A stretch of DNA of 64,000 bases from Eledone cirrhosa (taxonomy: Eukaryota). Shown piece after piece: positions 1 through 13,424 of this stretch; position 1 is the first letter of the stretch, and every line of letters starts with the position of its first letter. Location of the stretch: contig OZ024741.1 in NCBI GenBank assembly GCA_964016885.1, positions 185,380,001-185,444,000 on the forward strand. Reading direction: 5' to 3'. The position numbers and the translations under genes are program-made. The notes below the pieces were generated by a model. It was not told the DNA's origin, ran no database searches, and saw nothing but the letters and a program-made list of their open reading frames with translations.

Positions 1-370
1 TTATATATTATATTATATATTATATTATATATTATATTATATATTATATTATATATTATATTATATATTATATTATATATTATATTATATATTATATTAT
101 ATATTATATTATATATTATATTATATATTATATTATATATTATATTATATATTATATTATATATTATATTATATATTATATTATATATTATATTATATAT
201 TATATTATATATTATATTATATATTATATTATATATTATATTATATATTATATTATATATTATATTATATATTATATTATATATTATATTATATATTATA
301 TTATATATTATATTATATATTATATTATATATTATATTATATATTATATTATATATTATATTATATATTA
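1..370. repeat. 12-bp AT-only tandem repeat (TTATATATTATA)n
   Basis: Identical 60-nt lines made of five 12-mers. Confidence 0.95.
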
Positions 371-545
371 TGTTAATAAATGGAAACTTTATTTATAAAA
401 CCATAATTATTTTATTATATATATTTCAAGGGCAACCAAGGCAAATTTTGGTGCGCTTCCATCAGATAAAATACAAAATTTGTTTTATAAATGTTGACAT
501 ACCCGCCGAAGAACAACCTTGACGGTTGGAGGTTCGCTGGATAGT
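371..545 (-). mobile_element. Penelope-type terminal fragment with decayed HHR (410-471)
   Basis: Homologous to 39861-40045; minus strand UUUUAU-CUGAUGG-AAG..CUU-GAAA-UAUAUA-UA-AUAAAA. Confidence 0.6.
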
Positions 546-578
546 CTGTATATATATAGTTTGTATATATATATATAT

Positions 579-845
579 ATTGAAGATCTTGAGGATCTTC
601 GGTTGAGTGATTACAACTCTAGCAGTGATGAAGGAGATGTTGTCAATGACAACAAGGTACCAGGGTTGACGTTAGCAACGACGGGCGGGAAAGATAAGAA
701 ACGGAAGCAAGCACCATCATCGTTATCAGCAGAACATCACAAAGGAAAAACAAAGAAAATGTCAAAAAGACGTCCAAAAGTTGCAATACAGTATGAGACC
801 GAGCTGGAGCAACCTTCCACCTCCAAAGAGAAGTTGAAATATTGA
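579..845 (+). pseudogene. MAK16: MAK16 homolog C-terminal fragment (retrocopy remnant or last exon)
   Basis: IEDLED..SSDE..LSAEHHKGK..KRRPKVAIQYETE resembles the recalled MAK16 tail (SDIED..SSDE..LSAKHKGK..VEIEYEQE); starts abruptly at a TA tract. Confidence 0.7.
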
Positions 846-934
846 AATGTTATTGGAGGTCTGGAATGAGGGTGATGGGGGTGGGTTGAGGTGGTGTGGG
901 TGAACTGGAATTTAAACATTTTGCACCTTTTTGT

Positions 935-1247
935 CTGTGTATGTATGTGTGTAAGTAGGTATGTATATATGTAGGTGTGTATGTAGGTATGTATTTATAT
1001 ATGTAGTTATGTGTATTTATGTATGTAGGTATGTGTAGATATGTATGTATATATGTAGGTATGTATGTGTGTATGTATGTATATATGTAGGTATGTGTGT
1101 ATGTATGTATATATGTAGGTATGTATGTGTGTATGTAGGTATGTAGGTATATATGTATATATGTAGGTATGTATGTATGTATGTATTTATGTAGGTATAT
1201 ATGTATATATGTAGGTATGTATATATATATGTAGGTATGTATGTATC
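935..1247. repeat. Compound GTAT/GTAG/AT microsatellite
   Basis: Direct reading. Confidence 0.95.
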
Positions 1248-1629
1248 TGCAACCCCTCCAAGCTTTCTTGGTGAGGAGGGTGACTTTGGACATCCTGCAG
1301 GACTAAAAACAAAACCTGTCAAAGGGCAAAGGAGCTCTTAAAAGTCAATGGCCATCCAAACTCAGCGGGAGAGATGACCCCTAAGCCTTTGTCAAGGCAG
1401 AATTCTAGGAGAAGGAAAACTCTGATATAACACCTGCAACTCTGATGGTATCCAATGATGTTGACGTGTTCTTCTTTTTGGTAAATATCATCTTGCTTAA
1501 GAGAGTGGGACTGGCTTTGTGCAGTGCCTTTGCTCACTATAAAAGTTCACGGCACAGGCATTGCTTTATATCTGGAGATCTCTCTGCACTTGTCGTCACA
1601 TGGTACCATGGGCCCAGCACTATGTGTCA

Positions 1630-1715
1630 ATAATTGTCACAAGTGTAGTGTTTGTACCAGAGTTTTCAAGTCGCTGACTGGACTAAAAAGTCACACTCGT
1701 TCAGCGCATCGCTAG
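1630..1715 (+). mobile_element. Isolated C2H2 zinc-finger remnant, probably transposon-derived
   Basis: [25 protein letters not shown] fits C-x2-C-x12-H-x4-H. Confidence 0.4.
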
Positions 1716-1825
1716 GAGTTCTCCTACATGGATATAAAGTAGTGGCCGTACTAGAAAACGAGTTGACAGCCACCATATATGGATATATATATATATATTA
1801 TATATATATATATATATGTATATAC

Positions 1826-1945
<120 letters not shown>

Positions 1946-2029
1946 GTAGGAAGTGTGGGAAGGAACCAGATGGACCATAACGCACCAGAGTCGAGAAACA
2001 GCCGTCGAAATAAATAAATAAATAAATAA

Positions 2030-2516
2030 ATATATACACAAGCACAATAACAACAAACACATATAAACACACACTAGTAAACTAAGATAGAATACAATAA
2101 CCAAAACACAATCACCCAAACGCGAACACAAACGCAAACGCATGCGCAGAGAAGAAGACAAAAATAAATAAATAAATAAACAGATAAAATAAAAATGACG
2201 TAGACATACAATACATCAGGAGGAACATAGTAGTACCACAGATGATGTTGCACATGTGCAACGGAAGAACTTTGTTAGACTATTTATGTGTTTATATCTA
2301 TATTATATCTGTATTTTTGACCGTTGCTCAGTCAATGGTAAACATTGAGGACCAAATGAATTATCTGTGGAGATATAAAAGATACAGAGGCGAAAACCAG
2401 CCAAACAGTGAGTGTGTTCTGTTATTATTTCTGGCAATATTATTACAACAATATGACCCTCCCCAAGTATATCAATATTTGTTTCGACACACGATTCCAT
2501 ATCAAAAGCCTCGCAA

Positions 2517-2521
<5 letters not shown>
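2030..2521 (+). mobile_element. TA-flanked interspersed repeat, family F
   Basis: Homologous to 30030-30450 and 53900-54235; HHR core mutated at about 2235-2278. Confidence 0.8.
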
Positions 2522-2582
<61 letters not shown>

Positions 2583-2879
2583 AGATGAATATTGAAAATG
2601 GCCAGAAGTATATTCAAAGATCATGTTGCATTAAATATAACCGATTTCTAATGGCATATCAATTTCATCATATAGTAGATATTAAATATTTAATATTAAA
2701 AAAAGTATTTTTCATTTGGGCAGTTCTAATATACGTGAATTTTCTGTCAAAACGTTTTCTTATATAAAGGTGTGAGGTGGAGGTGCAGTTCAACAGATCA
2801 AGGATTCTATTGAATTTACTTGTTTAAAAATAGAACATATTTGCAATATGTGAACACTTCCCACACTCATCAAGGTGGC

Positions 2880-2904
2880 TCAATAAATATCTCTTTCGAT
2901 ATAC
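2880..2904 (-). CDS. Candidate terminal exon, unknown gene 1 (YIERDIY*)
   Basis: Acceptor ctttaaaatgcag; phase fits exon 15370-15426. Confidence 0.2.
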
Positions 2905-4309
2905 CTGCATTTTAAAGTAAAATATCAATTTTTATAAAAATCGGCTATTCAATTGTTGTATATTTATTCAATTAGATTAATGATTATTTGTGCTATGTAT
3001 CTGTCTCTCGGATATTTATGACAATCAATTACAAATATCTGAATTATCATTCAGATATTTGCAATTTAAAATGTATACAATAATTTGAAAGATGGTTATA
3101 TATAATAAAGAAAATAAAACAAAAGTGTTCACTTATTCAACTTTATTAAAAGGTTATCTTTTATAAAGGGTTTGCTATTAACGAATATAAGAATGCTTTT
3201 CTCGTTTGAATTTTTATGATAGGATAATGTTTCAGGAACATCCAATATACGGGAAATACTGCTTGGAATGTAGAAATTCCTAAAAAATTAATGATAGAAA
3301 TGTCAGCAAGAATTCAAAATTTTGATCACATGTCTTTTATAATTTAAAATCCTAAAGGCCACGACAGAATGTCATATTTTGAGAGACAGAGTTCATGCCA
3401 CGTTGGAACAATAAGCAAGAAAACACGATGACATGAAAACAACGGGTCGTCATGTATGTGAATGGATGATAATATTACGCATTATGCTCAGGATAAAGAA
3501 ATAGATAAATGCTTGACACATTTTCTAATGATTGGTAGTATATAAAGACTTAATAAATCGATGTTTTGCGAAAATAAGTTATTGCAAGTTGTACTCTCAT
3601 TTCCTTACTGAAATAGTCTGAAATTTTTAACGCAATAGAGTTAAAATTCAAGGAATTTTAGAGAGTCCTCCTCTCCCCTCTCTCTGTTAACTCACTTTTT
3701 ATAGAGATACACACACACACATATATATTCAATATGACGAAAGATTAAGGTTAAGAACTTAAATTCATTATTTAATTTCTACGTCCGTTTCAACCCGTGT
3801 GCAATAGTAAATGCATATGCAAACAATTGGAAATAATTAATTATACAAACTACATATAACTGACAAGGAACAAAGTATACCAAGTTCAAATAGTTTTAAG
3901 AATAGACATCATACAATACATTGAATATAAAGCAAGCAATTAAATATGAAAAACATATTTTGGTACATGGAGTTGTTAGACCGTAGAAAACTGTAAGTTA
4001 AGTTACAAATAATTATGTCTTTACTATTTACAATGTTTGATAATTTTTTCTTAAACCGTTAGAACAATATTTCTTGTTAGACTTGCAAGAGTGGAAATTA
4101 TTTAAGAGGCAGTAGCAAGTAGGTTCAGGTAAAAAGCATTATTTATATTTACAATGTTAATATCAATTTTCATTATATAGTTAGAATAACATTTGTTAGA
4201 TTTGGAGGAGTGGAAATTATTGAAGAAGCAATTTCAAGCTGTTCGTATTTTACATAAACACTAAATATAAATATATACGAATATTACAATTAATAATATC
4301 AATAACAAA

Positions 4310-5200
4310 CCATCTTCTGTTTTTTGGATGGTCTGAAACTGTTTGGGAAGTCCGAAATGCAAATAGATGTTTAAAGCAGTCCAGATATGTAGCAGTGATA
4401 TCGGTATGGAATGTGGGATTACCAAAGGGTCTGTGCTCAATATGAAAAGAGGGAAAAAAGCATACTGTAGTGGATTAAAACTGTCTTTGGGAGCAACCTC
4501 GGGGGAACTGGGAGATAGTCGATACAATATTTTGAAATTTTAGAAGTGGATGATATTTTACATGGAGAAATGAAAGAAAAGGTTAGAGAAACGTTAAAAA
4601 TCAGTAAATATGAGTTTAGAATCGAACCAGGATGCGGGATATTTACTCACGACAATGACTGCCTGGGCAGTTGCAGTGGTTAGATATAGTGTGTTCATTT
4701 TCAGGTGGATGGAAGAAGAAAGGAGAACGCTTGCAAAATATTTAGTAAAGAGTGACGAACAGTTGTTGCAGCATGCAGGAGAAGATATGGGTGTAAAAGC
4801 AGATGAAATGGGAGTTAAGGAAGTGTTTAAGAAGAGAGCTGACGAATGGGGAAAAGATCTTTTGGAAATGAGAATGCATTGGCAGTTTGAAGAAAATACA
4901 CAGAGTATCATGGAAACGACAACATGGACATGGCTTACGCATGGTGATTTGAAGCGTACCACTGAAAGTCTTATAATTGCAGCACAAGATCAATCTCTTG
5001 CTACCAATTCGGTGAAGTATAACATCTACAAAATTTTAGACACCCAGAAATGCAGACTCTGTGGAAAGAATGTGGAATATGTAACCCACTTGTTATTTGG
5101 GTGTGAGAGCCTTCACAAAAATAACGCATGCTACAATGATAAAGTCAGTTTGTACCGTCTTTGTTTGTTATGGCAGAACTGTTTGGAATACGAGAGCGCA
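4310..5200 (+). mobile_element. Decayed R4/Dong-like non-LTR retrotransposon, late RT to CCHC knuckle
   Basis: WLTHGDLKRTTESLIIAAQDQSL and CRLCGKNVEYVTHLLFGC. Confidence 0.8.
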
Positions 5201-5244
5201 ATGTGAAAGTGGTACCAGTTGTGATCGGACAGGTAAAGCCATTA

Positions 5245-5560
5245 ACGTTACATTCACCAACCATTTAACAAATGTACTAGGGGCAGCACATCCCTCTCCA
5301 CTTTCATCTTCCTACGTCGTAGAGGAATAAGTCTGTCTTCAGTCATTTCAACCCTGTCCACCTTACAACCACATTCACTCTAGTCACCAGACTGAGGAAA
5401 TTTGCCTACCCTTCCACCCCAAAGGAAGGCGGTGGGGCAATATTCACGATTGACTCGATTGATTGCTTGATCCGACGACTGACGGCAGTCACATCCATAT
5501 CTAATGACCGTAGGTCATTCAGTATACGATATTACTTCTAGCTCAATCCCAGGCCTCGAA
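5245..5560 (-). mobile_element. Tx1-like ORF2 C-terminal fragment
   Basis: 5250-5310 resembles 8437-8505 of the Tx1 element. Confidence 0.55.
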
Positions 5561-5639
5561 CATTAAGGCAACCCATACTTATAATAGTCATGTTAGCTGG
5601 CTAGCTGGCTGGTTAAGAGAAAAAAGGGCTTAGTTATCC

Positions 5640-5979
5640 CGCGGGCGTTAGTTGAGATCAGCTGATTCCACCTCCATGTTTGGTGGGGTTTACTTTGGGA
5701 ATTCCTTTAAAAGCCTGCTCGTGGCTTTTTCATTAGTGTTTGCCTCATCGCAAGGCTCTCCCCAATTTTTTGGGAAGTACAGAGTTACCTTCGTACCATC
5801 ATGATCCCTTCCAACTCGCTAAATGTGCTGTCACCAAAATCTCCCTATCTCGATTTGTTTGCTTCGGCTTTTATGGACATTAGTTTTTCTATGGCTCTTC
5901 TTGCTAGTACGATTTTATTTTTGTGGATATGCTTTGCTGTTTTTGGTAGTGATTGTTTCCGTTTAGGTGGTTGTGGTAG

Positions 5980-6013
<34 letters not shown>

Positions 6014-7620
6014 GATGTTGGTAGTGTTGGTGTTTTTGTGGATGCGTCTGTGTTTGTTTTTTCTGTTGTGTGTGATGTCAGGTTTTTTTTCTTTTTTATG
6101 TCTGTTTACTCTATTCTTTTTTGGGTGTTGTGATTCTTCTTCCTCTTCGCTACAAGAAGACAAGTTCCCGATGTGTGTTTCAGATGCTGGTGGGAATGTG
6201 TTTTTGTTTGTGAATGTGTATATAGGAAGGGGAGAGAAAGTAGGCTTGGGAGAACTATTCTCACCTTCTTGAGTGATGATTTTAGAGTCGGCCATTTTGT
6301 TGTTGCTGGTGGTTTAGCTACTAGTGTTGTTTGTGATGTTGCTTTTGTTATTGTTGCCGGTGATGGAGTTGTTTGTGCCGCTGTTGTTTTCCATGACACT
6401 ATTATTGGTAGCGATTGGTGTCGGCGACCCCTGCAATTATCAGTTAAGGATAAAATGCACTCAGATGAGTGGATTTACTACAGACGATACAATGAAGTAT
6501 TCTGCCCTCAGTAACAACTTTGATCTCGTGCCCGTCTTCTAGTTTCACGTAGTCCGAGATGTTTTTGATTACTTCCGGTCCGATTTGAAGAAATATCTCA
6601 AAATGTGCAGCCACGCATCCCAGGAGCCGCAGCAGTTCCAGGCCTGGCGGCATCCTTAGAGCGCGTGTCCTTACGCTTCTCTCCACGTAGAACAACGAGA
6701 TGCTCCCGAATTCCTTATCTCTTGCTATGTGCTTGATTTCATTTGTGACGCATTTCAATGCTGCGTCCACTTGTGGTTGGGAGGCAATCTCTGATTTGCG
6801 AGAGTGCACTGAATTGCATCTATACTTGAGAGTTCTGCTCTCTTCACTTGCTAGTACATTTGCCTTAAATCTTGTTCAGCCCAGGTCTTTTCTCTTTGTA
6901 TGATTTCTGCTACCTGGACCTAACGTCCTTCTTGGAAATGTCCATTGCTTAAAGTGTTTGGCAGCTGTGGCTGCAAGTATATATTTGTTGTTGTCTTTAT
7001 TCACCTTGTTGCTGCTGGTATTGTTGTCGTTATATTGCTGCTGTTTTTTTAAATTTTCATTGTAGCTGTTTCTGTTAGATTTGTCGTTGTTCACGTTGTT
7101 GCTGTTGTTGGAGTTTGTGGTGGCATTTGTTTTATTATTACCGTTGCTATTGATGCCGCTGATGTTCCTTTCCTTTGTTACTTTTTTCATAGGTTTTGTT
7201 GTTATCCTTGTGTGTGGCATTGTTTTCATTCTTGCCGCTGTTACACTCGTTCGTGTTGTTGTTATTTTTGTTAGAGTTGCTGCTGTTGTTGCTGTAGCTG
7301 TTGTATCTTTTGCTATTGTTGTTTTCGTTGTTATTACAATTTACACACTTTTCTTTTGATTTTCTACCATATAAATACGTTTTTTAAATTTTTATCTTTG
7401 CTCTCTTCCGATTGTTGACACACGATATCCTTAACTCTCTTGCTCTCCTTCTTTATGTTAACAGTTTCTGTGTTAAGTCGTGGTGACTTCTTCCCTACGC
7501 TTGTATTCAGAAATGTAAACAAATGTCGAAAAATAAAGTTTTCGCTTATAAATAGCCCCGTACGGGGGCCTTTCAACACAAATACTCTACCTGCAGGAGG
7601 TAGGTATACTGAAATAAATT
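5640..7620 (-). mobile_element. Probable Tx1/L1-type ORF1 region, decayed
   Basis: Same T/N/K-rich architecture as 11765-12550; broken minus ORFs 5963-6295, 6444-6809, 6876-7229. Confidence 0.5.
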
Positions 7621-7740
7621 TTTATTATATTTCAAACTTAAATGAAAGTTTAACCAAGGCAAAAGAAGGATAAAATGCATTTGTAAAAGCAGGAGACGAT
7701 GTTAAGCGTGGCTTTCACTTAGGGAGTCAATAATAAAAAC

Positions 7741-7793
<53 letters not shown>

Positions 7794-7921
7794 CTTCTTT
7801 ATTGGCCACAAGGACTGACATCAAGAAAAACATTACAGACGACACAGGACGGTACGATGTGGGTTTTGTACGTGTAAAGATTTGTATTATTTATATAAGA
7901 AAAGAAGAAGTAAAAGACAGA

Positions 7922-7970
<49 letters not shown>

Positions 7971-7987
7971 TTCTATATATATATATA

Positions 7988-8194
7988 GATGTGAGAAAAA
8001 CCACAGACCCTCCATCTCAACTCACCTTTTGAAAAGCAGAAGAACTGCGAAACCGGTAAAGGAACCAAATAAATATATATATATATTTTTTTAAATAAGA
8101 CTCCAGTTGCATTTTCGATTTCATCTCTTTTTCTCTATACTTTCACTCGTGTAGGACACCTCGGTTATTTTTCATTTTGTAAAAAAAACCTCAC

Positions 8195-8201
<7 letters not shown>
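7988..8201 (+). mobile_element. Short HHR element, family A, nested in the Tx1 3' UTR
   Basis: Near-identical to 35410-35620 and 51068-51262; TA tracts on both sides. Confidence 0.85.
8025..8062 (+). ncRNA. Type I hammerhead ribozyme, U3-A8 variant
   Basis: CCUU-UUGAAAA-GCAG AAGAA CUGC-GAAA-CCGG-UA-AAGG. Confidence 0.8.
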
Positions 8202-8252
<51 letters not shown>

Positions 8253-8417
8253 AATAACAATGAAAATTAAAACAATGAAAAATTCCCCAATAGAGGGAAA
8301 ACCTGCGAGGCTTACTCGTGGCGAAAACCACACAACAGACCACGGCAACCACGGCAAGCGCCCTCTCTCAATTGTTCCATTTATCAAACTACAGGCGTAT
8401 ATTCAGAGCGGTCCAGT

Positions 8418-11400
8418 TCACTCGGACATTCTCGCTACATTCACCCACCATTCAACAAACTTGCTACAAGGCAAAACTTGCCTCTCCATCCTGATTTTCC
8501 TCTTCAAGTGAAACTTGAAAAAGTTATTTAGGGATTCGCCGAAGAGGAAAGTGTCTGTCTTTAACCATTTTAACCTTGTCCACCACACAATCTCTTTCGC
8601 CATGGCCACCAGGCAGATGAAAATCGCCTAGCCTTCTTCCTTGAAGGAAGACGGCGAGACCATCTGCACAATGGACTCAGTCGATAACCGGATCAGTCCT
8701 ACACGCGACAGCAACTGTTCGACATAGCTCCACGAGTCAGCAATGCTCGGGCACTGAACGAGTGCGTGCACGACAGTTTCGTCGCTCTGCGCTCATCTCG
8801 GACAGGCTCGGCTGACGGCACTTCCGTGCCTGTAGAGCTTATCTCGAACCGGCAGCGCTCCCCGGTAGCACTGCCAGGCCAGGGAGTTTTGGAAGTTATC
8901 CATAGGCCCTGGGCTGAAAGTTCTCCGGAAGAGAGCAAACAGCTGATCTTCTTCGACGCCCAGGATCTCTCCGAGAATGTCGTTACTCTTCCCCTCCACT
9001 AGTCCTCTATAGAATGCCGAAGTGGATGTTCCACCGATACTGGTGCCCAGCTGGCAGAGGGCAGTGGGCGCCTGGAGACATTCCAGTTTCCAAGCGCTAT
9101 CCCTCGGTCTTTTTCTGACCCAGGACTGCAGCTCCGTCAAGGAGACGAGCTGTGGGAAAACGTGCCTGGCGAACGGCGACAACACCTGTTCACCGTCAAG
9201 GAAGCACCAGAGATGCCGCACCCCCAGCGCATATTTGTGCATCATCAGCCATGGCATGCCCAGTCCTCCACGCAACGGGTGTTGACAGCGGAAGAGGAGG
9301 CGCTCCATTTTGGTGAGAGTTGGGCTGGAGCAAGGGACGACGGTGAGGCGGTAGCAGATGACGAATGCGATGTACGCATTCGCCACCTCCGCCCGGCCTT
9401 TCAGGGACAGCTTCCTCTCGGCCCATTTCTGGGTGGGTGAGGCCACCCTGCTCGTCACTTCGTTCCAGTTTTTCTCCATCTGGAGGTCCGGTCCGAACCA
9501 GACCCCGAGCAATTTAATCCGTCCGTCCAACTCCTGACGACGTTGTCGGATGACATGGACTTGCCTCTCTCCGTGCCGAGCTGCAAGCCCACCAACTTTT
9601 CCTGGTTTATCTTTGCTCCTGTCACCGCTTCGTATTCCTTGAGAGCGGTGCCGAGCATCTGGACGTGTCTGGTGCTCGACACCACAACGGTGAGGTCGTC
9701 GGCGTAAGCCGACTCGGATTTCCCGCAACTTAGTTCGCGTGGGACGCCCCTCATCGCCCCCAGTTTGTGCAGTAACGGCTCGAGAGCCAATACGTAAAAG
9801 AGGGACGAGCGGGGACAACTCTGGCGGACTGATGCTGTACGGCTGCGACAGGTGACCGTTCACCCTCACAACATGCGCAGATGTCGCTGTACATTGCTGC
9901 GATCCAGCCCCTGAAAACGGGCCCGAAACCAGCTGCCTCGAGAACCACCGCCAGGTACCGATGGTCGACCCTATCGAATGCTTTGGATTGATCCAAGTTG
10001 ATCAGTGCCCCACCCGTGCCAGGTTCCTTAACCACCCTCTCTATGATGTATCGCATGAGGTGGAGGTTGTCGTGTATGGAACTGTCCGGAATGGCACATG
10101 TCTGCGCCTCTCCCACCAGACCCTTGACGACAAGCGCCAACCTCGTTGCTAACACCTTGGCCAAAATCTTGAACTCTGCGTTTAGCAGGGTTATGGGCCT
10201 GGAATTATCGATAACATCCCCCTTGTTCGGGTCTTTTCTCAGCAGCGCCACCGCTCCCCGTCTCACAAAACTGGGAATGCTCCCGTTCTGCTGCCAGTTG
10301 CAGTAGACCTCTGCCAAGAGGTCACCGAACAAGTCTGGCATAAATGCATAAAGCTCGTAGGGCAGACCATCTAAACCTGGCGATTTACCTCTTGTGCAGT
10401 TAGCCATCGCTTCCCGTATTTCACCGGGTGTTATTGGCATTGCGCAACATTGTGCTGCGGTTGTCGAGAGCCGAGGCAGTCCGTCGAGGTATGCACTGAA
10501 GTCCATTCCCCGATCCGGGCCGCCGCTGCTCCCGAACACTTCAGCAAAGTGCTGCTGAAAAGCTTCACACATCCGCTCGGGTTCGAGCATCACGCACCCG
10601 TTTTGGTCAGACAAAGACCGAATGGTGGCTTTGTTGCCACGTCGCGCTTCTGCCCCCACGCCCGGGGGGCCCATCGGACGGCGTTTGTCCCTTCGTGTTT
10701 CAGAGCACGCGCTCTAGCTCTGACAACACAGCCTTCGTGTTTTGCGCTGAAGAATTGGTCGAGTGCCAATCTCGCCGCAAGCCCGTCGGTTGCGATGCCT
10801 GTCCTAAACGCCTCTTCTAGCTTTCTGACTAGCTCTCCCTCTACTCTATTTTCCTCTATCTCTACTCCTTTGCTAAACTTAATCGACTCTACTTTAATTG
10901 CCCTTTTCAGGGCGAACCTCCACCTGTTGTTGACGGTCGCTTCCGTCAACGCCCGCTTAACTAATACGCTAATCCGGTCTCTGTAGGCTTTGAGCGCCGG
11001 GAAAGACGCGTTTAGCTTCCCATAACCAGGCCCTTGTCTATGAGTCTGTCTATGTCGATCTCACAGATCACAAATTTGTGGTCTGTATAGTCGAGTATTT
11101 TAAATTGTGGACAACTTATACTAGCCTTATCTAGTTCTCTGCAGAATACCTTATCGAAATACGATCTGGATAACTCGATGCGGTTTGTCCGTGTCCACAT
11201 TGGCACATTCGGGTGATCCAATCAATACCTGTCAGACAGTTCAAAACGTCTGAGCAGGTTGGTGAGGCTCTAGCACCCTCCTCCCCTATCCACTAGCCCC
11301 ACACAATCCCAGCGCGCATCCAAGATACCGTTCTAGTCGCCCACTAACACTAAAGAAAGGTCTCAAGACGTCTGAAGAAATCTGACCGTCCTGCCCCTGT

Positions 11401-11732
11401 TGAGGCGTAGACGGCTACTAGCCTGAAAGCATTGCCTTCGCTGCCGGTCACGTCCAACACCACGGACTTACCTTCTGGGTCTAGGAAGATGGCCCGTTCA
11501 AGCCTCTCCGAAAAAGGACGGCAAACCCTCCCCCCGATCTTGGACGGCTGGGAGATGCGTATACATCGTAGCCGCCGAAGATTGGTGCGAAGGCTTGTAC
11601 TTCGGAGATTCTGGTCTCACTGATGGCCACCACATCTATGTTTTATGACCTGAGGTCGTTGAGCAGGTGACCCTGCTTCCAAGATGACCCCAAGCCACGT
11701 GCATTTATACTGCCTATTCTGAGTACGGCCAT
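8418..11732 (-). pseudogene. Tx1 ORF2 (APE endonuclease + reverse transcriptase), disrupted
   Basis: ORF pieces 11012-11221, 10590-10949, 9751-10674, 9455-9790, 8793-9869, 8418-8609. Confidence 0.9.
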
Positions 11733-12559
11733 GTTGGATGAGAAACGGGGCAAGTGTGAAAGGGTCACTTACCTTGATCGTGTGGTGAAGGGACAGTAGA
11801 ACCGTCCCTTTCACTGGTCATGGGTGTTTCCAAGAGGATATCAGTGTATATCCTCTTGGTAACCGACCCTCTGAAGTCTCCAACTGCGTTGGGGAATTTT
11901 TGTTTTAAAGGTTTGTACTGTTCTATTGAGATTTCAATTATGCTTATGTTTGTCGGGAGAGTTCTTGGTGTTGGTGGGGTGTAGTAGTTTTTATCTGTGA
12001 TGTCTGTGTGCTGCTTTATATATTGTATGAATTCTTTTTTTGCCATGTTTATGGCTGTGTACCTTTTGGGGGGAGGGGTGATTTTGTTGCTGTTTGGTGT
12101 GTGTGTCTTGTTGTGTTTGCGTTGTTGGTGTTTTTGGTGATGCTGATGGTGATGTGGTTGTTGTTGTCAGTGGTGCTTGTAGTGGTGATGGTGGTGGTGT
12201 TGCTGCAAGTTTCCTTGCTGCCTTTACCCCTCTTTGTATGAATTCGCTTTTGGAGGGTGAATCTAAGGGTTTTTTTGTTTTTTGTTTTTTTGTGGCAGAC
12301 CGTTTGCCACTTCACTCCCGCCTCACACTCCATGTCGGATTCTGTGGCGTCTGGGAGGGGTATGTGCTTCTCTTCGGCAATTGTGTTGCTGGTGTAGCTA
12401 CTTCAAATATAGCTATTGGTGTTGCCGCCATAGATGATGCTGCTTTAGTTGTCCGTGGCCTTGGAACGGGTGCTACGGACGTTGCCATCCTACACACCGT
12501 GGAAGGGGCTTCTGCGTTTGTTGCCTGCCCTGCTCTTGGTAGCAGCGGACCAGGTATTG

Positions 12560-13350
12560 GAAGGAGAGCTGTGTCTATTATTAGGTACAGTGCGGGAATT
12601 CTGAGATGGAATGTTGCTGAACAAAAAGAAATGGATAGGAAGACTAGGAAGCTATTGACTATCTACAACATGTTCCACAAGAGGAGTGATGTCGATGGAC
12701 TCTACTTAAGGAGATCTGAAGGTGGAGGTCTTATCAGCATAGAGGACTGTGTTCAGATGGAGAATAACAACCACACAAATACGTGACTGATAGTAAGGAG
12801 CCAATGCTCAGAACTGTACCGAAGGAGGGGACAATAGACCAGGGGATGTCCAAGGAGGATATAACATCAAGGAGAAAGAGCAGCCTTCAGCAAACATCCC
12901 TTCATAGTACCTTCTTTGAGAAAACTGAATTCAGATATCCACAGACATGGAACTGGTTGAAAAGAGGAGACCTTAAAAAGGCTACAGAAGGAATGTTAAT
13001 GGCTGCGCAGGAGCAGGCCCTCAAAACGAAGTGGTTGAAACACCATATTTACAAGGAGGAGGCTAGCCCACTGTGCAGGATCTGTGGAGAGAGAGAGAGG
13101 AGACTGTAGCTCACATTGTATCCGAGTGTAAACACCTAGCCCAGACTCACTATAAGGGTTGGAGACATGATGTGCTGGGCAGGGTGATCCACTGGCACCT
13201 ATGCAAAGTAAACAATTTACCACATTCTGAGAAGTGGTATGAGCATAAGCCAGAGTCGGTGATAGAAAACGATCAGGTGAAGGTGCTGTGGGATTTTAGG
13301 ATACAGACGGACAAGAAACTGGAACACAATAGACCAAACTTTCCAGTTAA
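12560..13350 (+). mobile_element. R4/Dong-like retrotransposon 3' fragment
   Basis: LYLRRSEGG, WLKRGDLK..AAQEQAL, CRICGE/ETVAHIVSEC, RHD, LWDFRIQTD..HNRP; followed by (TAA)n. Confidence 0.88.
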
Positions 13351-13379
13351 CTAACATCAATGACTGAGACTCAAAGAAC

Positions 13380-13417
<38 letters not shown>

Positions 13418-13424
13418 TAATGGA

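Larger units (their letters stand above)
7791..12555 (-). mobile_element. Tx1-clade (L1 group) LINE, 5'-truncated and frameshifted
   Basis: ORF2 from 11732 MAVLRIGSINARGLG (APE); KSPGLDGLPYE, RPITLLN, DQSKAFDRVDH, YADD; AATAAA then (TTA)n at 7735-7790. Confidence 0.92.
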
